Positions 19,701-29,926 of a stretch of DNA of 64,000 nucleotides are shown here, piece after piece. Every line of letters starts with the position of its first letter. Positions within the stretch are counted from its first letter, which is position 1. A program made the position numbers and the translations under genes. The notes beneath the pieces are model-generated. The model ran no database searches. It saw nothing but the letters and a program-made list of their open reading frames with translations, and had not been told where the DNA came from. The stretch comes from Bacteroidetes bacterium OLB10 (lineage in GTDB: Bacteria > Bacteroidota > Bacteroidia > AKYH767-A > OLB10): contig LNBX01000040.1 of the NCBI GenBank assembly GCA_001567275.1, forward strand, positions 7,169 through 71,168. The letters run 5' to 3'.

Positions 19701-20112
19701 CAATAATATCAGGTTCGTTAGGTAAATCCTGAGGCAAATCGCTTCGCGCTTTGTCAACAGCATCCTTGACTTTTCGTTTAGCCTCATCAATTTTTACATC
19801 ACTGTTAAATTCAACAACAATGCTGCAATAATCCTGCAATGCACGGCTTGTTATTTTCTTAACACCTGAAATTCCTTTACACTGTTTTTCGATATGTCGA
19901 ACAACCAGGTTCTCCATATCCTTGGGTGAAGTTCCCGGATAAACCACACTCACATAAATATTAGGCAGTGAGATATCAGGAAAACTTTCCTTAGGAATAC
20001 TGATGTACGACATAATACCCATCAACGTAATGATGACGGTTATTACATAAATGGCAGTACGGTTGTCTATTGCCCATGAGGAGGGCTTAAACTCTTTAAA
20101 AATGTCCTTCAT
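16726..20112 (-). CDS. RND efflux transporter permease (AcrB/HAE1 family)
   Basis: 1128 aa, 12-TM RND architecture. Located downstream of MFP and TolC genes. Confidence 0.9.
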   Translation of the reverse strand: MKDIFKEFKPSSWAIDNRTAIYVITVIITLMGIMSYISIPKESFPDISLPNIYVSVVYPGTSPKDMENLVVRHIEKQCKGISGVKKITSRALQDYCSIVVEFNSDVKIDEAKRKVKDAVDKARSDLPQDLPNEPDIIEVNFSDLPIMAVNLYGDYDLAKLKKYADDAKDKMESLKEVKEVKIIGALEREIQINVDMLKLQAAGLTMSDIETAVKYENMTVPGGGVRMNDGTRRSLSVTGEFTNVDQLKNLVVKTMTGAPVYLKDVAEVVDSFKEQESYARLNHKNVITLSVVKRSGENLIDASDKIVNIVNELKAEWPKDLNVVLTGDQSETTRIQLHDLINTIVIGFILVLLVLMFFMGVNNAFFVALSVPLSMCVAFLVLPIIGFTINFIVLFSFLLALGIVVDDAIVVIENTHRIFDNGKMNIVRAAKMATGEVFLPVLSGTLTTLAPFVPLAFWKGIIGKFMFFLPITLIITLLASLVVAYIINPVFAVNFMKKHEQKHDPYKGLKITAVIFIAIAVLFYVSGVPGMGNFTLFLFLIHLLHRFWLHKVIHSFQTKVWPAIQKLYSQLLEKALHRTGWMMGGTIGLLILSFIAIGIRNGGVSFFPSSDPNFIYVFTSLPVGTDQAYTDSVTKVLESKVYAVVGEKNDVVKSVIASVGENVTDPSDEDQGYYANKSKIEVAFVEFSKRHGVSTVKYLDQIREAVKNVVPGAEITVSQEQNGPPVGKPISIEITGDDLQAIATTSENLKRYLDSLRIDGVEELKSDLQDRKPQITFDIDREHMNRLGIFTGTLGNEINMAVLGREVSKYRDQNDEYKIMLRYKQNQRYDVSLLNSIRVTYRDMGMGGVIRSVPVASFASIKYDNTYGVIKRKNQKRIVTISSNLLTDYQSREAEVVGNVMAAVKQFPKTDGVDIKFGGSQEEQAETSAFLGNALLISLGLIFIILVIQFNSIGKPVIILSEIIFSIIGVLLGFSLFKMSFSIVMTGIGIVALAGIVVRNGILLVEFAEMLREQGVGPYEAIVEAGRTRMTPVILTATATSLGLIPLAIGLNIDFVTLFTEFNPHIFIGGDSTSFWGPLSWTMIFGLMFATFLTLFLVPVMYLMSENLKARLSKKLKRTKEPENELIA

Positions 20113-20125
20113 AAAATTTTCCGGA

Positions 20126-21244
20126 TTATAATTTTATCAAATCACCTTCAATTAGGCTCTGATATCCTGTTGTTATTACTTTATCGCCCTGATTCAGTCC
20201 TTCTGTTATTTCAACAGTGCCGTTGTATGTCAAACCTGTTTTCACCTGCTTACGCATTGCAGTCATTTTGCCGTTTTTGTTTTCGGCAACAAACACATAT
20301 TCTCCATCAAGTCCTTTCTGAACTACATTTACCGGCAACGAAAGAGTTTTTTCATTGGTGTAATCAGCAATTTTTAATACTGCAAGCATATTTGGCCTCA
20401 ATATATTTTCCTTATTATTAAGTCTTACTTCCACATTGAAAGTACGGTTCATGTTATTGATGGCATTGCCTGAATAAGACACCTTGGTGTTTATTTCTTT
20501 ATTCAGATCAGGAAACTGTACCAATGCATTGTCATTTTTATGAACGCGGGTGATATACGCTTCGGGAAGTTCGCCTTTTATCTTCAGCATATTCAGATTT
20601 ACAATACGAATAGCAGGCACCTGAGGCGATACAACCTGACCGGCTTTAATATTTACAATATCCACTGTTCCGTCAAAAGGAGCTTTGATGCGTGTAAGTT
20701 CCCACTGTTCGCGATAGTTTGCCAAACGTTTCTCAGCACTTTCTTTGGTAGTTTTTGCTTGCAGATATTGTATTTCACTTCCTATCTGTTGATCCCAAAG
20801 ATTTTTTTGTCGCTGATAAACTGTGGTTGCAAGGTCAACAGCGCTTTGCAACTCACCTATTGTCTGCAACATTATTTTATCATCAAGTGTTGCAAGTATC
20901 TGTCCTTTTTTCACATGGTCACCGGCCTTCACATTAATGGCTGTTACTGTTCCTGACGACATGGGATTCAACATTACATCTTCATCACCTTCCACATTGG
21001 CCTGCACTTCCAGATAGTGTGTAAAAGTGTGTTGTTGCATTTCTGTTACTGCAACGTTTTTATATTTCTCACTCTTTGAAGTATCTGTTGCTGCAATCTC
21101 ATCTTCCAAATTGCGGATTTGTTCGGTTAGTTCTGCCTGTTGTTTTTTCAACTTATCTAACTTACTTTTTTTCTGATCCAGGTTTCCTCCTCCGCATGAT
21201 GACAGCAGTATCAATATTCCGACAGAGGCTATAAGCTTATTCAT
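20126..21244 (-). CDS. RND efflux periplasmic adaptor (membrane fusion protein, HlyD family)
   Basis: Lipoprotein signal …LLSSCGGG. Coiled-coil and beta-barrel MFP architecture. Operon context. Confidence 0.85.
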   Translation of the reverse strand: MNKLIASVGILILLSSCGGGNLDQKKSKLDKLKKQQAELTEQIRNLEDEIAATDTSKSEKYKNVAVTEMQQHTFTHYLEVQANVEGDEDVMLNPMSSGTVTAINVKAGDHVKKGQILATLDDKIMLQTIGELQSAVDLATTVYQRQKNLWDQQIGSEIQYLQAKTTKESAEKRLANYREQWELTRIKAPFDGTVDIVNIKAGQVVSPQVPAIRIVNLNMLKIKGELPEAYITRVHKNDNALVQFPDLNKEINTKVSYSGNAINNMNRTFNVEVRLNNKENILRPNMLAVLKIADYTNEKTLSLPVNVVQKGLDGEYVFVAENKNGKMTAMRKQVKTGLTYNGTVEITEGLNQGDKVITTGYQSLIEGDLIKL

Positions 21245-21269
21245 AATCTGTGTTTATGTTAGTGATGTT

Positions 21270-22619
21270 TTAATTTTTTATCAATGTTCCTGTAGCTTTT
21301 GCATAGTCAACTTTTGCTATGTAAGCTTCTATTAATGCTGTATAATAATTTGTTTCAGCAACCTTCAATGCAGTTTCTGCATCCATAACTTCGAGGCTGC
21401 TGCCTACACCTTCTTCAAATTTCTTTTTGGTGATGCGTGCAACATCTGCTGCAAGTTTTCTGTTTTCGCCTTGTGTATCCAGCGAAGCAAGTGCATTTAT
21501 AAGTGATGTGCGTGCAGTTTGTACTTCCAGTTGCAATCCCTGCGACACGGATTGGATAGTGTTGTCAATTTTATCAACTGCAAACCGAGCCTGTTTTACA
21601 CGTGATGCTTTCTGAAAACCATCAAACACAGGTACAGTAAGTTTCAATCCAACTAATGAGGTACGATACCAGGGTTTGTTTTCAAATATGTCGAAGTCAT
21701 TGCGTGAAGCATTTACGCTGTATGAACCAAATGCAGCAAGTGATGGCAAGTAGGCAACACGTTTTAATTTTAAATCTATCTGAAGCAATCGTTTGGTGGT
21801 TTGCAACACATCCATTTCAATACGGTTGTTTACATCAATTGTATCGGCCGGATTAATCATGGTGGTTGATTTGATATCTTCCAGTTTGTCGGTAAGCGTA
21901 AGTTCATCCTGTACGTTGGCTCCAATCTGAAATTTCAGCAGATTGACAGACAGAGTAACCATTCGGTCTAATTTTTCTTTCTCTGTTATGATGTTATTGT
22001 AGGCAAGTACAGTCCGGTCATAATCTATTTTTTCGGCAAAGCCATTATCATAAGTGGCTTTCATATCATCACGCAATTTTTTCAGTCGTTTGACATTGGC
22101 ATCCAGAATTTGCGTTTGCTCCTGAAGAATTAATACGTTGTAGTAAGCTTTACTCACGGTTGCCGCCAGATCTGTTTTGGTCTGATTTACCTGTTTGTGC
22201 ATCAGGTCAACATACATGCGCGAAGCTTTTAAGCCAACCAGATAAGAGCCATCAAATAATAGTTGTGATGCAGTCAATCCTGCTGTTGAAGAATAATTCT
22301 GACCAAACTGTACAGGGTAAAAAGAGCCGGGATCTCCACCAAAAAATTCACCCGGTACAAAGGTGGTAGGAATATCAATAAATTTGGTAATGTCGGCACT
22401 GCCACTGATTTGTGGTAAACCAATGCCGAGTAATTCATCAGATTTTTCTTTTGCAATTTTCTTGTCGAGTTCAGCATTTTTAACGCTTACCTGATTTTTT
22501 ATGGCAAAATCAACCGCTTGCTGCAGCGAAAAAGCATATTGGTTTTTATTTGTTTGCTGTGCCGAAATCTGAAAGGTGATCAGTACAAAAACAGGTAGTA
22601 ATTTAAATTTTTTCAGCAT
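21270..22619 (-). CDS. TolC-family outer membrane efflux protein
   Basis: 449 aa. Signal peptide. Two-repeat TolC architecture. Operon context. Confidence 0.85.
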   Translation of the reverse strand: MLKKFKLLPVFVLITFQISAQQTNKNQYAFSLQQAVDFAIKNQVSVKNAELDKKIAKEKSDELLGIGLPQISGSADITKFIDIPTTFVPGEFFGGDPGSFYPVQFGQNYSSTAGLTASQLLFDGSYLVGLKASRMYVDLMHKQVNQTKTDLAATVSKAYYNVLILQEQTQILDANVKRLKKLRDDMKATYDNGFAEKIDYDRTVLAYNNIITEKEKLDRMVTLSVNLLKFQIGANVQDELTLTDKLEDIKSTTMINPADTIDVNNRIEMDVLQTTKRLLQIDLKLKRVAYLPSLAAFGSYSVNASRNDFDIFENKPWYRTSLVGLKLTVPVFDGFQKASRVKQARFAVDKIDNTIQSVSQGLQLEVQTARTSLINALASLDTQGENRKLAADVARITKKKFEEGVGSSLEVMDAETALKVAETNYYTALIEAYIAKVDYAKATGTLIKN

Positions 22620-22631
22620 AATGTTTTGCGA

Positions 22632-23246
22632 TTAATCTTCGTCTGTAATGTTTTTATATTTATTAATAAGCCTGTGTCCTTTAACAGTAACTATTCCATG
22701 TAAGAAATGATCGAGCAGTGCTAACTGTACTTCATGTATTTTAAACTGTGAGGGAGGAAAAACCTCTGCATTCATTCCCATTGCAACTTCTTCCAGACGT
22801 AGCCTAACCAATATCTTGAGATTGATATCCGGGCGGTAAAGTTGTTCTGCAATTCCCTTTTTAAGATTTTTTTCGATGGTGGCAGCTATACTTTCTTCTT
22901 TAAACTTTAAAAAAAGTTTCCATGTTTTGGGATAATAGCGTTGCATATCATCAAACAAAACCGGATTTAAATTTGAAAATGTTTCATGCAGTTTTTGCAT
23001 GGAAATAATAATTTCATGAATGGCATCCTTGCTTTCCTGCGAATATTCCTTCAGCATACAACGATTTTCATTCAGAAAACTTTCGCATGCTTTCTGCACA
23101 ATCTCGTCTTTATCTTTAAAACAGGAGTAAATAGTTTTCTTGGAAACAGCAAGATGGTTGGCAATGTCATCCATGGTTACCCTTCGGATTCCCTGACGGA
23201 AAAACATTCCCAATGATTCTGTAAGTATTCTATCTTTAATTTCCAT
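22632..23246 (-). CDS. TetR/AcrR-family transcriptional repressor of the efflux operon
   Basis: N-terminal HTH …GIRRVTMDDIANHLAVSKKTIYSCFKDK…. First gene of the minus-strand operon. Confidence 0.85.
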   Translation of the reverse strand: MEIKDRILTESLGMFFRQGIRRVTMDDIANHLAVSKKTIYSCFKDKDEIVQKACESFLNENRCMLKEYSQESKDAIHEIIISMQKLHETFSNLNPVLFDDMQRYYPKTWKLFLKFKEESIAATIEKNLKKGIAEQLYRPDINLKILVRLRLEEVAMGMNAEVFPPSQFKIHEVQLALLDHFLHGIVTVKGHRLINKYKNITDED

Positions 23247-23273
23247 TTCGTTAAAAAACGGCCGCAAAACTCA

Positions 23274-23301
23274 GGAAACTTTTTTAGTGTTCAAAGTTTC
23301 C
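23274..23301. promoter_or_regulatory. Candidate TetR operator: perfect 9-bp inverted repeat ggaaacttt-N10-aaagtttcc
   Basis: Seen directly, 28-55 bp upstream of the tetR start. Not followed by a U-run in either orientation, so not a terminator. Confidence 0.4.
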
Positions 23302-23355
23302 GCACAAAAAAAAATCAGTCTTTAACCTTTTTTAACAGAAAACTCAGTTTTTGAT

Positions 23356-24366
23356 TTAATGAAATAATTGTTTACTCAACCCAAGCCATTCCAATGCCGA
23401 ACCATGCAGCAGTTGCTCTTTAATTTTATGGTCCAAATTCATTTCTTTTACCAATTTTCCCGGGATTGTTTCGCCTAACGGAAAAGGATAATCACTGCCA
23501 AGGGCAATACGGTTAGCACCGGCAAACTGTATAAGATAGCGCAGCATGTTTTCGTCATGCACCAGCGAGTCGAAATAAAAATTGCCGATATACTTAGAGG
23601 GTGAATGAGGATTATCAATAGCCACCAAATCAGGACGGCAGTCAAAACCATGTTTAATCCGTCCGAAAGTTGAAGGGAAACTTCCCCCGCCATGAGCAAA
23701 GGCTACACGCAGTTTTGGTAATCTTTCAAATACTCCTCCAAATATCATAGAACATATTGCAAGAGATGATTCGGCAGGCATACCAACCAGCCAAGGCAGC
23801 CAGTAACGTTGCATCTTTTGTTGACCCATCATGTCCCAGGGGTGAACAAATATGGGCATATCCAGTTGTTCGCATGCCTGAAATACAGGAAACAGATGTT
23901 CATCATTCAGGTTCCAATCGTTTACGTGTGTACCGATTTCAATTCCGGCAAGTCCGATTTTTTTGCAACGCTCTAATTCTTTTATTGCCAATTCAGGAGC
24001 CTGCATAGGCAGTGTAGCCAAACCTACAAAACGCTTTGGGTATTGTCTGACTATTCCCGCAATATGGTCGTTCAGATATTCGGATAATGCCAATGCATCA
24101 TTTGGTTTAGCCCAATACGAAAACATAACAGGTACTGTACTCAGCACCTGCACCTGAACATCATGTTGGTCGCACTCATGCATTCGTGTTGTTGCATCCC
24201 AGCAGTTGCTTTCTATCTCTCTGAAAAATGTACCGTCATCGCGAAGCATTCGTGCACAGCATGGCTTATGATGATCGAGTTGAATAAATCCTCCATAACC
24301 AAATTTGCTTTTCCAGTCAGGTAGTTTTTCAGGCAAAATGTGTGTATGGATGTCTATCGTAAGCAT
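23356..24366 (-). CDS. Amidohydrolase-2 family protein, ACMSD-like (aminocarboxymuconate-semialdehyde decarboxylase family)
   Basis: [12 protein letters not shown]…FGYGGFIQL…NCWD…[16 protein letters not shown] parallels the ACMSD N-terminus. ATG at 24364-24366 chosen (337 aa). Confidence 0.7.
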   Translation of the reverse strand: MLTIDIHTHILPEKLPDWKSKFGYGGFIQLDHHKPCCARMLRDDGTFFREIESNCWDATTRMHECDQHDVQVQVLSTVPVMFSYWAKPNDALALSEYLNDHIAGIVRQYPKRFVGLATLPMQAPELAIKELERCKKIGLAGIEIGTHVNDWNLNDEHLFPVFQACEQLDMPIFVHPWDMMGQQKMQRYWLPWLVGMPAESSLAICSMIFGGVFERLPKLRVAFAHGGGSFPSTFGRIKHGFDCRPDLVAIDNPHSPSKYIGNFYFDSLVHDENMLRYLIQFAGANRIALGSDYPFPLGETIPGKLVKEMNLDHKIKEQLLHGSALEWLGLSKQLFH

Positions 24367-24458
24367 GCTGTAGTAAATAATATTTTTTTTGCAAATGTAT
24401 AAACAACTGAGCAAGCTGATAGAAGGAAAACTTATACTTTTGAAAAAATCATTTTTCA

Positions 24459-25868
24459 TTGGCATCTCATACAGAGAAATTATTACACAAAAATTTTCCA
24501 TTTGAACCTACAGGCGCGCAGAAACAATTAATGCACAGCCTTGCAGCGTTTATGGATGCTGCAACTAGTTATAAATGTTTTTTGCTGAAGGGGTATGCCG
24601 GTACCGGTAAAACCACATTAATAAAGTCGTTGATTAAAACACTGCGCAAACTTGATTATGATGTGAAGTTGCTTGCTCCAACAGGAAGAGCTGCAAAAGT
24701 GATAACACAATACACAGGCAGCGATGCTTCTACCATTCATCGTTATCTCTACGAAATAAAAAGTGATAAAGATGGTGGTGTCATTTCAAAAGTGAAGGAG
24801 AACAAACATCACCGGCAGGTATTTATTATTGATGAGGCTTCGATGATTTCGAATGAAGATGATAAAACTCTTTTCAAAGGGGCCAGCCTGCTTGCCGATT
24901 GCATTGATCATGTTTATTCTCAACCTGACAATTTTATTCTCTTTATTGGAGATACTGCGCAGTTGCCTCCTGTAGGAATAGAAGTGAGCCCTGCACTTGA
25001 CGAAGATTATCTGAGAAGAATGCATCAGTTGGAAGTAAGCTCATTTGAACTGAAGGAAGTAGTCAGGCAACAATTAGACTCCGGTATTCTGGCAAATGCA
25101 CACTGTACCCGTTTGCTCATTGAGCGCGAAGAATATCGTCCACGACTGAAGGTTGCAGGTTTTGACGATATGGAAAGAGTCACTCAGCAAGAGATAGCTG
25201 ACATATTTGAATCATATTTTCCATTGCGTTCAGATGGAAATTCAATAATTATTTGCAGAAGCAATAAACAAGCTAACAGATACAATGAGTTTATACGCAA
25301 CCGTTTTTATGCATTTGAAGACCCGGTAGAAAAAAATGAAAGGTTGATGGTGGTGAAGAATAATTATTACTGGCATGAGTCTGATGACAAGAATGCATTT
25401 ATTGCCAATGGTGATGAACTGCAGGTTGTGAGAACTTATTCTAAGGAAACAGTTTATGATTTTGATTTTATGGATGCACTGGTGGAATTAAAAGATGAAA
25501 GCAATACGCGGTTAAGAGTAAAACTTTTACTCAACGCACTTACCACCGAAACACCTGCACTTCCGCAGGAAGAATACAGAAAACTTTTTCAAAAGTTAGG
25601 AGAAAATTATCGTACGCCAAAAGGCAAAATAAATTTGCGTAAAATGAAAAGCGACCCTTATCTGAATGCACTTCAGGTGAAGTATGCTTATGCAATCACT
25701 TGCCATAAAGCACAGGGCGGCCAGTGGGAAACAGTGTTTGTTGACCCGGGATTTATTCCTGAAGATAATTATAACAAAGATTATATGCGTTGGCTTTACA
25801 CTGCGCTCACCAGAGCACAACATAAAGCATATCTGATTTCAATTCCTGAACAATTTTTTGTGCAATAA
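24459..25868 (+). CDS. RecD-like/PIF1-like ATP-dependent DNA helicase
   Basis: Walker [18 protein letters not shown], Walker [10 protein letters not shown]. Start uncertain: TTG at 24459 or ATG at 24531. Confidence 0.75.
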   Translation: MASHTEKLLHKNFPFEPTGAQKQLMHSLAAFMDAATSYKCFLLKGYAGTGKTTLIKSLIKTLRKLDYDVKLLAPTGRAAKVITQYTGSDASTIHRYLYEIKSDKDGGVISKVKENKHHRQVFIIDEASMISNEDDKTLFKGASLLADCIDHVYSQPDNFILFIGDTAQLPPVGIEVSPALDEDYLRRMHQLEVSSFELKEVVRQQLDSGILANAHCTRLLIEREEYRPRLKVAGFDDMERVTQQEIADIFESYFPLRSDGNSIIICRSNKQANRYNEFIRNRFYAFEDPVEKNERLMVVKNNYYWHESDDKNAFIANGDELQVVRTYSKETVYDFDFMDALVELKDESNTRLRVKLLLNALTTETPALPQEEYRKLFQKLGENYRTPKGKINLRKMKSDPYLNALQVKYAYAITCHKAQGGQWETVFVDPGFIPEDNYNKDYMRWLYTALTRAQHKAYLISIPEQFFVQ

Positions 25869-25902
25869 GCATTCACCTGAAAGTGTAATGCGGGTTGAAT
25901 TT

Positions 25903-26526
25903 TCAAAGCGGCATCACTTCGGTGACGGGATTGATGAAGTAAATACTTTTTGATTTAACTTCAATACAACAGAAATTTTTTCGCAACTGATGTTGCTTGA
26001 TAAACACACGGCCTGTACGAATTTTAAACCTGGCTCCGGTTTCAATTTCTTCCAGCGTGAGCCACCGGTCTTCGGGCTTGTCGTAGTTGCGAAGTGTTCG
26101 CAACAGGTGATGATCGGTGCAGCTGGTGGCAGCAGGGTTTTGCATATAGTCGTTCAGCGCTTTCACAATGTCAGGCGGAAAAATATGCTCACGTAGTATG
26201 GGCATCATCAGTTTTTTATATTCATTTTTCCACTCTTTACCATGAGGCACAGTAATTCGCTTGCGGATTTTCCATTGGTTCAGATGTGCCACCTCATGGA
26301 TAAATGTTATTAGAAATGCATAGGGATTCAGGTCGTGATTGATGGAGATGCGATGACCATGGCCATCCTGCGGAGGACGATAGTCGCCATACTTGCTGTT
26401 GCGACTGCGCGTTATTTTTAAACTGATTTTATTTTCCGAAATCCATTCAATGCAATAAGGAATTGCTCTTTCAGGAACATATTTTCTTAAGGCTTCTTCA
26501 ATTTGTGTTAAAGTAACTCTCGACAT
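25903..26526 (-). CDS. SprT-like zinc-metalloprotease domain protein
   Basis: HEVAHL (HExxH) followed by HGKEW, as in SprT-family proteins. Confidence 0.6.
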   Translation of the reverse strand: MSRVTLTQIEEALRKYVPERAIPYCIEWISENKISLKITRSRNSKYGDYRPPQDGHGHRISINHDLNPYAFLITFIHEVAHLNQWKIRKRITVPHGKEWKNEYKKLMMPILREHIFPPDIVKALNDYMQNPAATSCTDHHLLRTLRNYDKPEDRWLTLEEIETGARFKIRTGRVFIKQHQLRKNFCCIEVKSKSIYFINPVTEVMPL

Positions 26527-26544
26527 CAGTGATACGGCAACTGT

Positions 26545-28668
26545 TTATTTCAAAAGTTGATAAGCAATAAAACTTGCGACCCATGCCAGCGCACCCATAT
26601 ATACAAACTGAATGACCGGCCATTTCCACGAGCCGGTTTCACGTTTCACAACGGCAAGTGTACTCATACACTGCATGGCAAATGCGTAAAACAACATCAG
26701 CGACAAGCCTACGGCAAGGGTGTAGCGTGGAGCACCTGTCTCTGTTTTTTCAGCTCTCATTTTTTCAAGAATAGGTTGGTTTTCTGATTCGCCACCAACA
26801 CTGTAAATGGTGGACATGGTTCCTACAAAAACTTCGCGCGCAGCAAAAGATGTTACCAATGCAATTCCGATTTTCCAGTCGAAGCCCAAAGGTTGAATAG
26901 CGGGTTCAAGTGCTCTGCCCATCCATCCCGCATAGGAGTTTTCAAGTTTTTCAGATTGAAGTTTTGCCAACTGCTCCTGTGGTGGTGAAGGTTGTGCAGC
27001 GAGTTCTGTATATTCTTTTTCGAGGTTGTTGTATTTATCACCGGGTCCGCGTGACGACAAAAACCACAATATGATTGAAATGGCAATAATGATTTTACCA
27101 GCATCGAATAAAAATATTTTTACTTTATCATAAATGGTAATCAGAATATTTTTCCAGCGTGGCAGGCGATAAACCGGAAGTTCGAGAATAAAAAAATCGC
27201 GGCTTTTTGATTTCAGAATTTTTTTCATCACCCAGGCTGACGCTATGGCTGCAACAAAACCGATAAGATACATAAACATCATAATCAACCCCTGTGAGTT
27301 GATGAAACCAAGAATATAATATCGCGGAACAATGAGTGATATCAATAATGTATAAACAGGAAGCCGTGCCGAACAACTCATCAATGGAGTCACCATAATG
27401 GTAATCATTCTTTCTTTCCAGCTTTGTATGGTACGTGTTGCCATGATGGCAGGCACTGCACATGCCACACCGCTTATAAGAGGAATTACAGAACGTCCGT
27501 TAAGCCCGAAGGGACGCATCAGCCTGTCCATAATAAAACTTACACGCGACATATATCCCGTATCTTCCAGTATGGTGATGAACAAAAACAGCAATGCAAT
27601 CTGCGGAATAAAAATGATGATTCCACCGAGTCCGGCAAGTACTCCATTCACCAGCAAGTCATTGAGCATTCCCTGAGGAAGCCACTCACTCACCTTAGAT
27701 GATAATTGAGCAAAAGTTCCGTCAATAAAATCCATCGGAAACTGTGCTACGTTGAATATAAACTGAAAAATAATAAACAGTATAGCAAGAAATATCACAA
27801 ACCCCCAAATGCGGTGTGTTACCAGATTATCAATACTACGGGTCAGGGATTTACGAAATGATACCTGTTGTGATACACAACTTTTCATCAACACCGAAAT
27901 GGTTTTGTAACGCTCAAGCGTTTCACCGGCCTGCATCACGGTATTTTTGAATCCATGTTGTTGAGTAATGTTTCTTAATCGCTCTTTTTGTTTTTCGTCA
28001 ATAAAAGAAAGCGGAACTTTTTCAAAATTTCCCGCAAGAAGAAAAGCGGCATAATCACTTTTTACTGAAAACTCTTTTTTGATTTCTTTGATAACGTCAG
28101 GAGCCAGTTCGCACGAAGGCATGATGTCATTCTCAGGCTGATGGCGGTTTTCAAGCAATGCTTTTTTAATTTCTTCAATACCTGAATTTTGCCTTACCAC
28201 AGCAGGAACAATTTTTATTCCAAGTGCTTTTTCAAGTTTGGGAATATCAATCTTCAATCCTTTTTTTATGGCCAGATCCATCATGTTAAGCACCAGCACT
28301 ACCGGAACTTTCAAATCAATAATCTGAGAACATAAAAACAAACTGCGTTTTAAGTTGGTTGCATCTGCAATAACAATTACTCTGTCAGGGTACGATTCAT
28401 CATTTTTATCTGTCAAAACCTGATAAGGAATTTGCTCGTCAATGGTTTTTGGATACAAACTGTATGTGCCGGGCAAATCAGTAATTCTTACCTTATACGT
28501 ATTTCCATCGGCTGCATTGCGAATGGTAAACTGTCCAATGTGTTTGTCAACCGTAACACCTGGAAAGTTCGCAACTTTTTGATTGAGTCCGGTAAGTGCA
28601 TTAAATAAAGTACTCTTCCCGCTGTTGGGATTTCCTATTAATGCAACTTTAAGATTTATGTCGGCCAC
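26545..28668 (-). CDS. feoB: Ferrous iron transporter FeoB
   Basis: N-terminal G-domain GNPNSGKSTLFNALTG. 707 aa with C-terminal polytopic membrane domain. Confidence 0.9.
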   Translation of the reverse strand: MADINLKVALIGNPNSGKSTLFNALTGLNQKVANFPGVTVDKHIGQFTIRNAADGNTYKVRITDLPGTYSLYPKTIDEQIPYQVLTDKNDESYPDRVIVIADATNLKRSLFLCSQIIDLKVPVVLVLNMMDLAIKKGLKIDIPKLEKALGIKIVPAVVRQNSGIEEIKKALLENRHQPENDIMPSCELAPDVIKEIKKEFSVKSDYAAFLLAGNFEKVPLSFIDEKQKERLRNITQQHGFKNTVMQAGETLERYKTISVLMKSCVSQQVSFRKSLTRSIDNLVTHRIWGFVIFLAILFIIFQFIFNVAQFPMDFIDGTFAQLSSKVSEWLPQGMLNDLLVNGVLAGLGGIIIFIPQIALLFLFITILEDTGYMSRVSFIMDRLMRPFGLNGRSVIPLISGVACAVPAIMATRTIQSWKERMITIMVTPLMSCSARLPVYTLLISLIVPRYYILGFINSQGLIMMFMYLIGFVAAIASAWVMKKILKSKSRDFFILELPVYRLPRWKNILITIYDKVKIFLFDAGKIIIAISIILWFLSSRGPGDKYNNLEKEYTELAAQPSPPQEQLAKLQSEKLENSYAGWMGRALEPAIQPLGFDWKIGIALVTSFAAREVFVGTMSTIYSVGGESENQPILEKMRAEKTETGAPRYTLAVGLSLMLFYAFAMQCMSTLAVVKRETGSWKWPVIQFVYMGALAWVASFIAYQLLK

Positions 28669-28684
28669 CTTTGCGCTGAAAAAT

Positions 28685-28912
28685 TTATAATGTACTTACC
28701 AAAACAGTTTCTGCCTCTGATTTTCTTATGCTCAGTATATAGCCGGCTACAGTTATGGCAATAGGATCGCCAAGCGGAGCAACCCGCTCAACCCGCACAT
28801 TTTCTCCGGGAATACAACCCATCTCCATCAGCTTCAGTTTTATTTCTTCGTCTGTAAATTGTTGTATGATGCAGATGTTTCCGGGTTTGATTTCGCTTAA
28901 CTTCTTATCCAA
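28685..28912 (-). CDS. feoA: Ferrous iron transport protein FeoA
   Basis: 75-aa SH3-like protein immediately upstream of feoB. Confidence 0.8.
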   Translation of the reverse strand: MDKKLSEIKPGNICIIQQFTDEEIKLKLMEMGCIPGENVRVERVAPLGDPIAITVAGYILSIRKSEAETVLVSTL

Positions 28913-29019
28913 AACTGTAATCTAAAAAATAGTGATGCGAAAATAGGCATCCTTCTTCAATTTCAGGTATAAAACAAATCATCAGATGGTAAGTTTTAGT
29001 TATCATTGCTCCCGGTTTA

Positions 29020-29868
29020 ATGATTATGAAAGTTATTCATACAGTAAAACATCTGAAAGAAGCAATTTCGCTGATTAAGAAGCAGAACAAGTCTGTAGGT
29101 TTTGTGCCTACCATGGGCGCCTTGCACGAGGGACATATATCATTAGCAGAGAGAGCTAAGGCTGAAAATGAGGTGATGGCAGTCAGCATTTTTGTGAATC
29201 CTATGCAGTTTAACAATGCTGATGACTTAAAAAAATATCCCGTAACAACTGAAAGTGATTTGGCAATGCTTGAGACAGCAGGTTGTGATTTTGTGTTCTT
29301 GCCTACTGCAGATGAAATATACACTGCCAACGAAGCACCACTGAGTTTTGACCTCGGAAATCTTGACAAAATTATGGAAGGCAAATTCAGGCCCGGACAT
29401 TTTCAGGGAGTGATTACGGTGGTCAATAAATTTTTCAGCTGGATAAAACCGCAGAAAGCTTATTTCGGGGAAAAAGATTTTCAGCAATTGGCCATTATCA
29501 GAATGATGAGTAAAAAATTGCATCCTGATATTCAGATTATCGGATGCCCAACTTTGCGCGAGTCAAATGGTTTGGCAATGAGCTCGCGCAACAGAAGACT
29601 TGCTGAGAGTGAACGAAATGATGCAGGAATCATTTACAGCAGTCTTATACAGTTGAACTCATTAAAAAATAATCATGACATTGCTGATGCAAAATCACTT
29701 GTCATCCAAAGGATAGAAGAAGTTCATCCGTTCAAAGTTGAATATATGGATATTGTAAATGCTGATACACTTGATTCGCTTTCAGATTGGAGTGAGAGTA
29801 CTCAGATGAGAGCATGCATTGCTGTTTGGTGCAATGAAGTAAGGCTGATAGATAATATTGCAGTTTAA
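29020..29868 (+). CDS. panC: Pantoate--beta-alanine ligase
   Basis: FVPTMGALHEGHISL HIGH-type motif. 282 aa. Confidence 0.9.
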   Translation: MIMKVIHTVKHLKEAISLIKKQNKSVGFVPTMGALHEGHISLAERAKAENEVMAVSIFVNPMQFNNADDLKKYPVTTESDLAMLETAGCDFVFLPTADEIYTANEAPLSFDLGNLDKIMEGKFRPGHFQGVITVVNKFFSWIKPQKAYFGEKDFQQLAIIRMMSKKLHPDIQIIGCPTLRESNGLAMSSRNRRLAESERNDAGIIYSSLIQLNSLKNNHDIADAKSLVIQRIEEVHPFKVEYMDIVNADTLDSLSDWSESTQMRACIAVWCNEVRLIDNIAV

Positions 29869-29926
29869 AATCCACAACGGTAGTCTGAAAACCTCCGTTC
29901 ACATTCAAAAAAATGATGTTGGATTT

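Noticed and set aside
16726-20112. Numerous 60-160-aa antisense or out-of-frame ORFs from the track inside the RND pump, acnA, feoB, the P-type ATPase, rpoN, DUF349 and sufB (for example 18632..19108+, 57611..58216-, 31330..31770-)
   Set aside because: They are fully nested within long, well-supported genes on the opposite strand or in another frame. They have low-complexity or odd composition and no recognisable motifs. They are treated as spurious.
23356-24501. Full 381-aa track ORF for the amidohydrolase, including N-terminal [33 protein letters not shown]…
   Set aside because: The N-terminal 45 aa overlap the divergent helicase gene start region and are not part of ACMSD-family proteins. 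The ATG at 24364-24366 ([12 protein letters not shown]) is used instead.
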